In this document: piece by piece, positions 62,754 to 64,000 of the stretch
How the letters are laid out: each line of letters begins with the position of its first letter
Position numbering within the stretch: the stretch's first letter is position 1
NCBI GenBank assembly: GCA_965228735.1
Contig: OZ245838.1
Location: 7,072,001-7,136,000 of the forward strand
Direction: 5' to 3'
DNA: 64,000 nt
DNA from: Planctomycetota bacterium
GTDB lineage: Bacteria > Planctomycetota > UBA1135 > UBA2386
Position numbers and translations under genes: made by a program
The notes under the pieces: model-generated
Databases searched by the model: none
What the model saw: the letters and a program-made list of their open reading frames with translations, nothing else
Told to the model about the DNA's origin: nothing

Positions 62754-64000
62754 ATGAACCACCGGTCCCGGCGCGTGTTCCTGACCCGTTTCGTTGCTGC
62801 CCTGCTCGCGTTGCCGATCGTGGGCCAGGACCCTGCCAGCGAGGAGGCGGGCAAGCCGTGGCGCGAGATGCTCGCCGCGAAGCCCGGCGCATGGGCTGCG
62901 CCCGCCGCCGAAGTCGTGTGGCGCACGGACCTGCGCGCAGCGCTGCGCGAGGCGGCGGCGGCCGATCGGCCGCTGTTCGTCACGCTGCGGTGTCTGCCGT
63001 GCAAGCAGTGTGCGTCGTTCGACCAGGACGTGCTCGAGGGCGGGCCCGAACTGACACCGCTGTTGCGGCAGTTCGTGACGGTTCGTCTGACGGATGCGAT
63101 GCAGATCGACCTCGCACGACTGCCGGTCGAAGGGTTTCAGGACTTCGACATGTCGTGGTGGGGTTGGTTCCTGTCGCCGGAGTCGCAGGTGTACGGCGTG
63201 TTCGGCGGCCGCGACGAGGTGTCCGACACGACGCGGATCAGCAGCGCGGCGCTCGCCGCGACGATGCGACGCGTCCTCGATCATCACCACACGCCCGGTC
63301 GCCGCGAGTGGAACGTCGACGGGCCGGCTGTCGCGGACGATGTGGCCCCGACCTCGCCGGGTCAGTTGCCGGGTTACGAGTCGTGGCGGCGGCAGTCGCT
63401 CGAGGCGCCGAAGCAATCGTGTCTCCATTGCCACCAGGTCGCCGAGATCCTGCGGCAGCCGGCAATCGATGCCGACGAGTTCGACAAGGCGGCGCTCGCG
63501 CCGTGGCCGCTGCCCGAGAACGTCGGGCTGAAGGTCGACCGCGACGACGGTCTGCTCGTGACCGAGGTGCAGGAGGGTTCGCCCGCGGCGCGGATCGGTG
63601 TCGCGGCCGGTGATCGACTCGCCGTGGCGGATGGCCGTCGACTGTTCGGTCAGGCTGACCTGCGCGCGGCGTTGCATCGCCACGAAGAACCCGACCCGCG
63701 CATCGGGCTCGGGTGGCGGCGCGGCGACGAGTTCCTGACCGGATCCCTGACGCTGACGGGAGAGTGGCGCAAGACCGTGCTCGACTGGCGGATGTCGGTA
63801 TCGCAGGGCAACCTCGGCGTGGGGCCCGGGTTCTTCCCGCTGCGGGCGCGAGGGGGCGGCGGCGACGGCATGGCGATCCGGCCGTTCTTCGGCCGCGACG
63901 TGCACCGCAGCGCGTCGCATGCGGCCGGCTTGCGGCAGCATCACACGATCGTCGCGGTCGACGGCGAGCGTCGACGCATGAACGGACGGACGTTCCTCAC
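62754..64000 (+). CDS. Thioredoxin-like plus PDZ domain protein with CxxCH motif (partial, runs off the window; absent from the ORF track)
   Basis: Own translation: MNHRSRRVFL (Tat-like), VVWRTDLRAALREAAAADRPLFVTLRCLPCKQC, SCLHCHQV, VQEGSPAARIGVAAGDRL (PDZ). Confidence 0.85.
   Translation, partial: MNHRSRRVFLTRFVAALLALPIVGQDPASEEAGKPWREMLAAKPGAWAAPAAEVVWRTDLRAALREAAAADRPLFVTLRCLPCKQCASFDQDVLEGGPELTPLLRQFVTVRLTDAMQIDLARLPVEGFQDFDMSWWGWFLSPESQVYGVFGGRDEVSDTTRISSAALAATMRRVLDHHHTPGRREWNVDGPAVADDVAPTSPGQLPGYESWRRQSLEAPKQSCLHCHQVAEILRQPAIDADEFDKAALAPWPLPENVGLKVDRDDGLLVTEVQEGSPAARIGVAAGDRLAVADGRRLFGQADLRAALHRHEEPDPRIGLGWRRGDEFLTGSLTLTGEWRKTVLDWRMSVSQGNLGVGPGFFPLRARGGGGDGMAIRPFFGRDVHRSASHAAGLRQHHTIVAVDGERRRMNGRTFL

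Noticed and set aside
209..63944. Long antisense or alternate-frame ORFs (e.g. 6586..9408 +, 21075..23792 +, 29269..31791 +, 42130..44430 +, 53118..55181 +, 60019..62313 +, 62745..63944 -)
   Set aside because: Arg/Pro/Ala-rich shadows of well-supported genes, expected in high-GC DNA; no motifs.
1..64000. Genome-wide reassignment of UGA to Trp or Gly as the cause of in-frame TGAs
   Set aside because: About 28 genes end cleanly at TGA, including topB and two ATGA-coupled pairs; TGG is used for Trp; the strong cases fall at Cys-type positions.

Overview
High-GC bacterial genomic DNA with about 50 protein genes and no rRNA, tRNA, CRISPR array or transposase seen. Gene content (ECF sigma factors fused to a membrane helix plus carboxypeptidase-regulatory-like repeats, PQQ-like propellers, many secreted proteins) suggests Planctomycetota; this is inference. 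Main result: at least three exported proteins that the ORF track splits or truncates read through an in-frame UGA at a Cys-type position and have a hairpin just downstream, so they are probably selenoproteins. They are a thioredoxin-like protein with GCTU (UGA 15944-15946, minus), a rhodanese lipoprotein with its catalytic Cys replaced by UGA (49632-49634), and an unrecognised helical/low-complexity protein with CGNU, i.e. CxxU (28744-28746, minus). A fourth in-frame UGA interrupts a GspG-like pseudopilin and is less certain. Other notable items: three copies of GGAACC-N14-GACAC defining a putative ECF mini-regulon (60.9-62.8 kb); seven ECF-fused or stand-alone carboxypeptidase-regulatory-like paralogues plus an orphan 3' end; a shared roughly 100-120 aa terminal domain on seven unrelated secreted proteins; a binding-protein/metzincin fusion; an anti-sigma fused to TPR-like and gingipain-like regions; and a 36-bp direct-plus-inverted intergenic repeat. 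Product calls are from motif recognition by eye; no searches were run.
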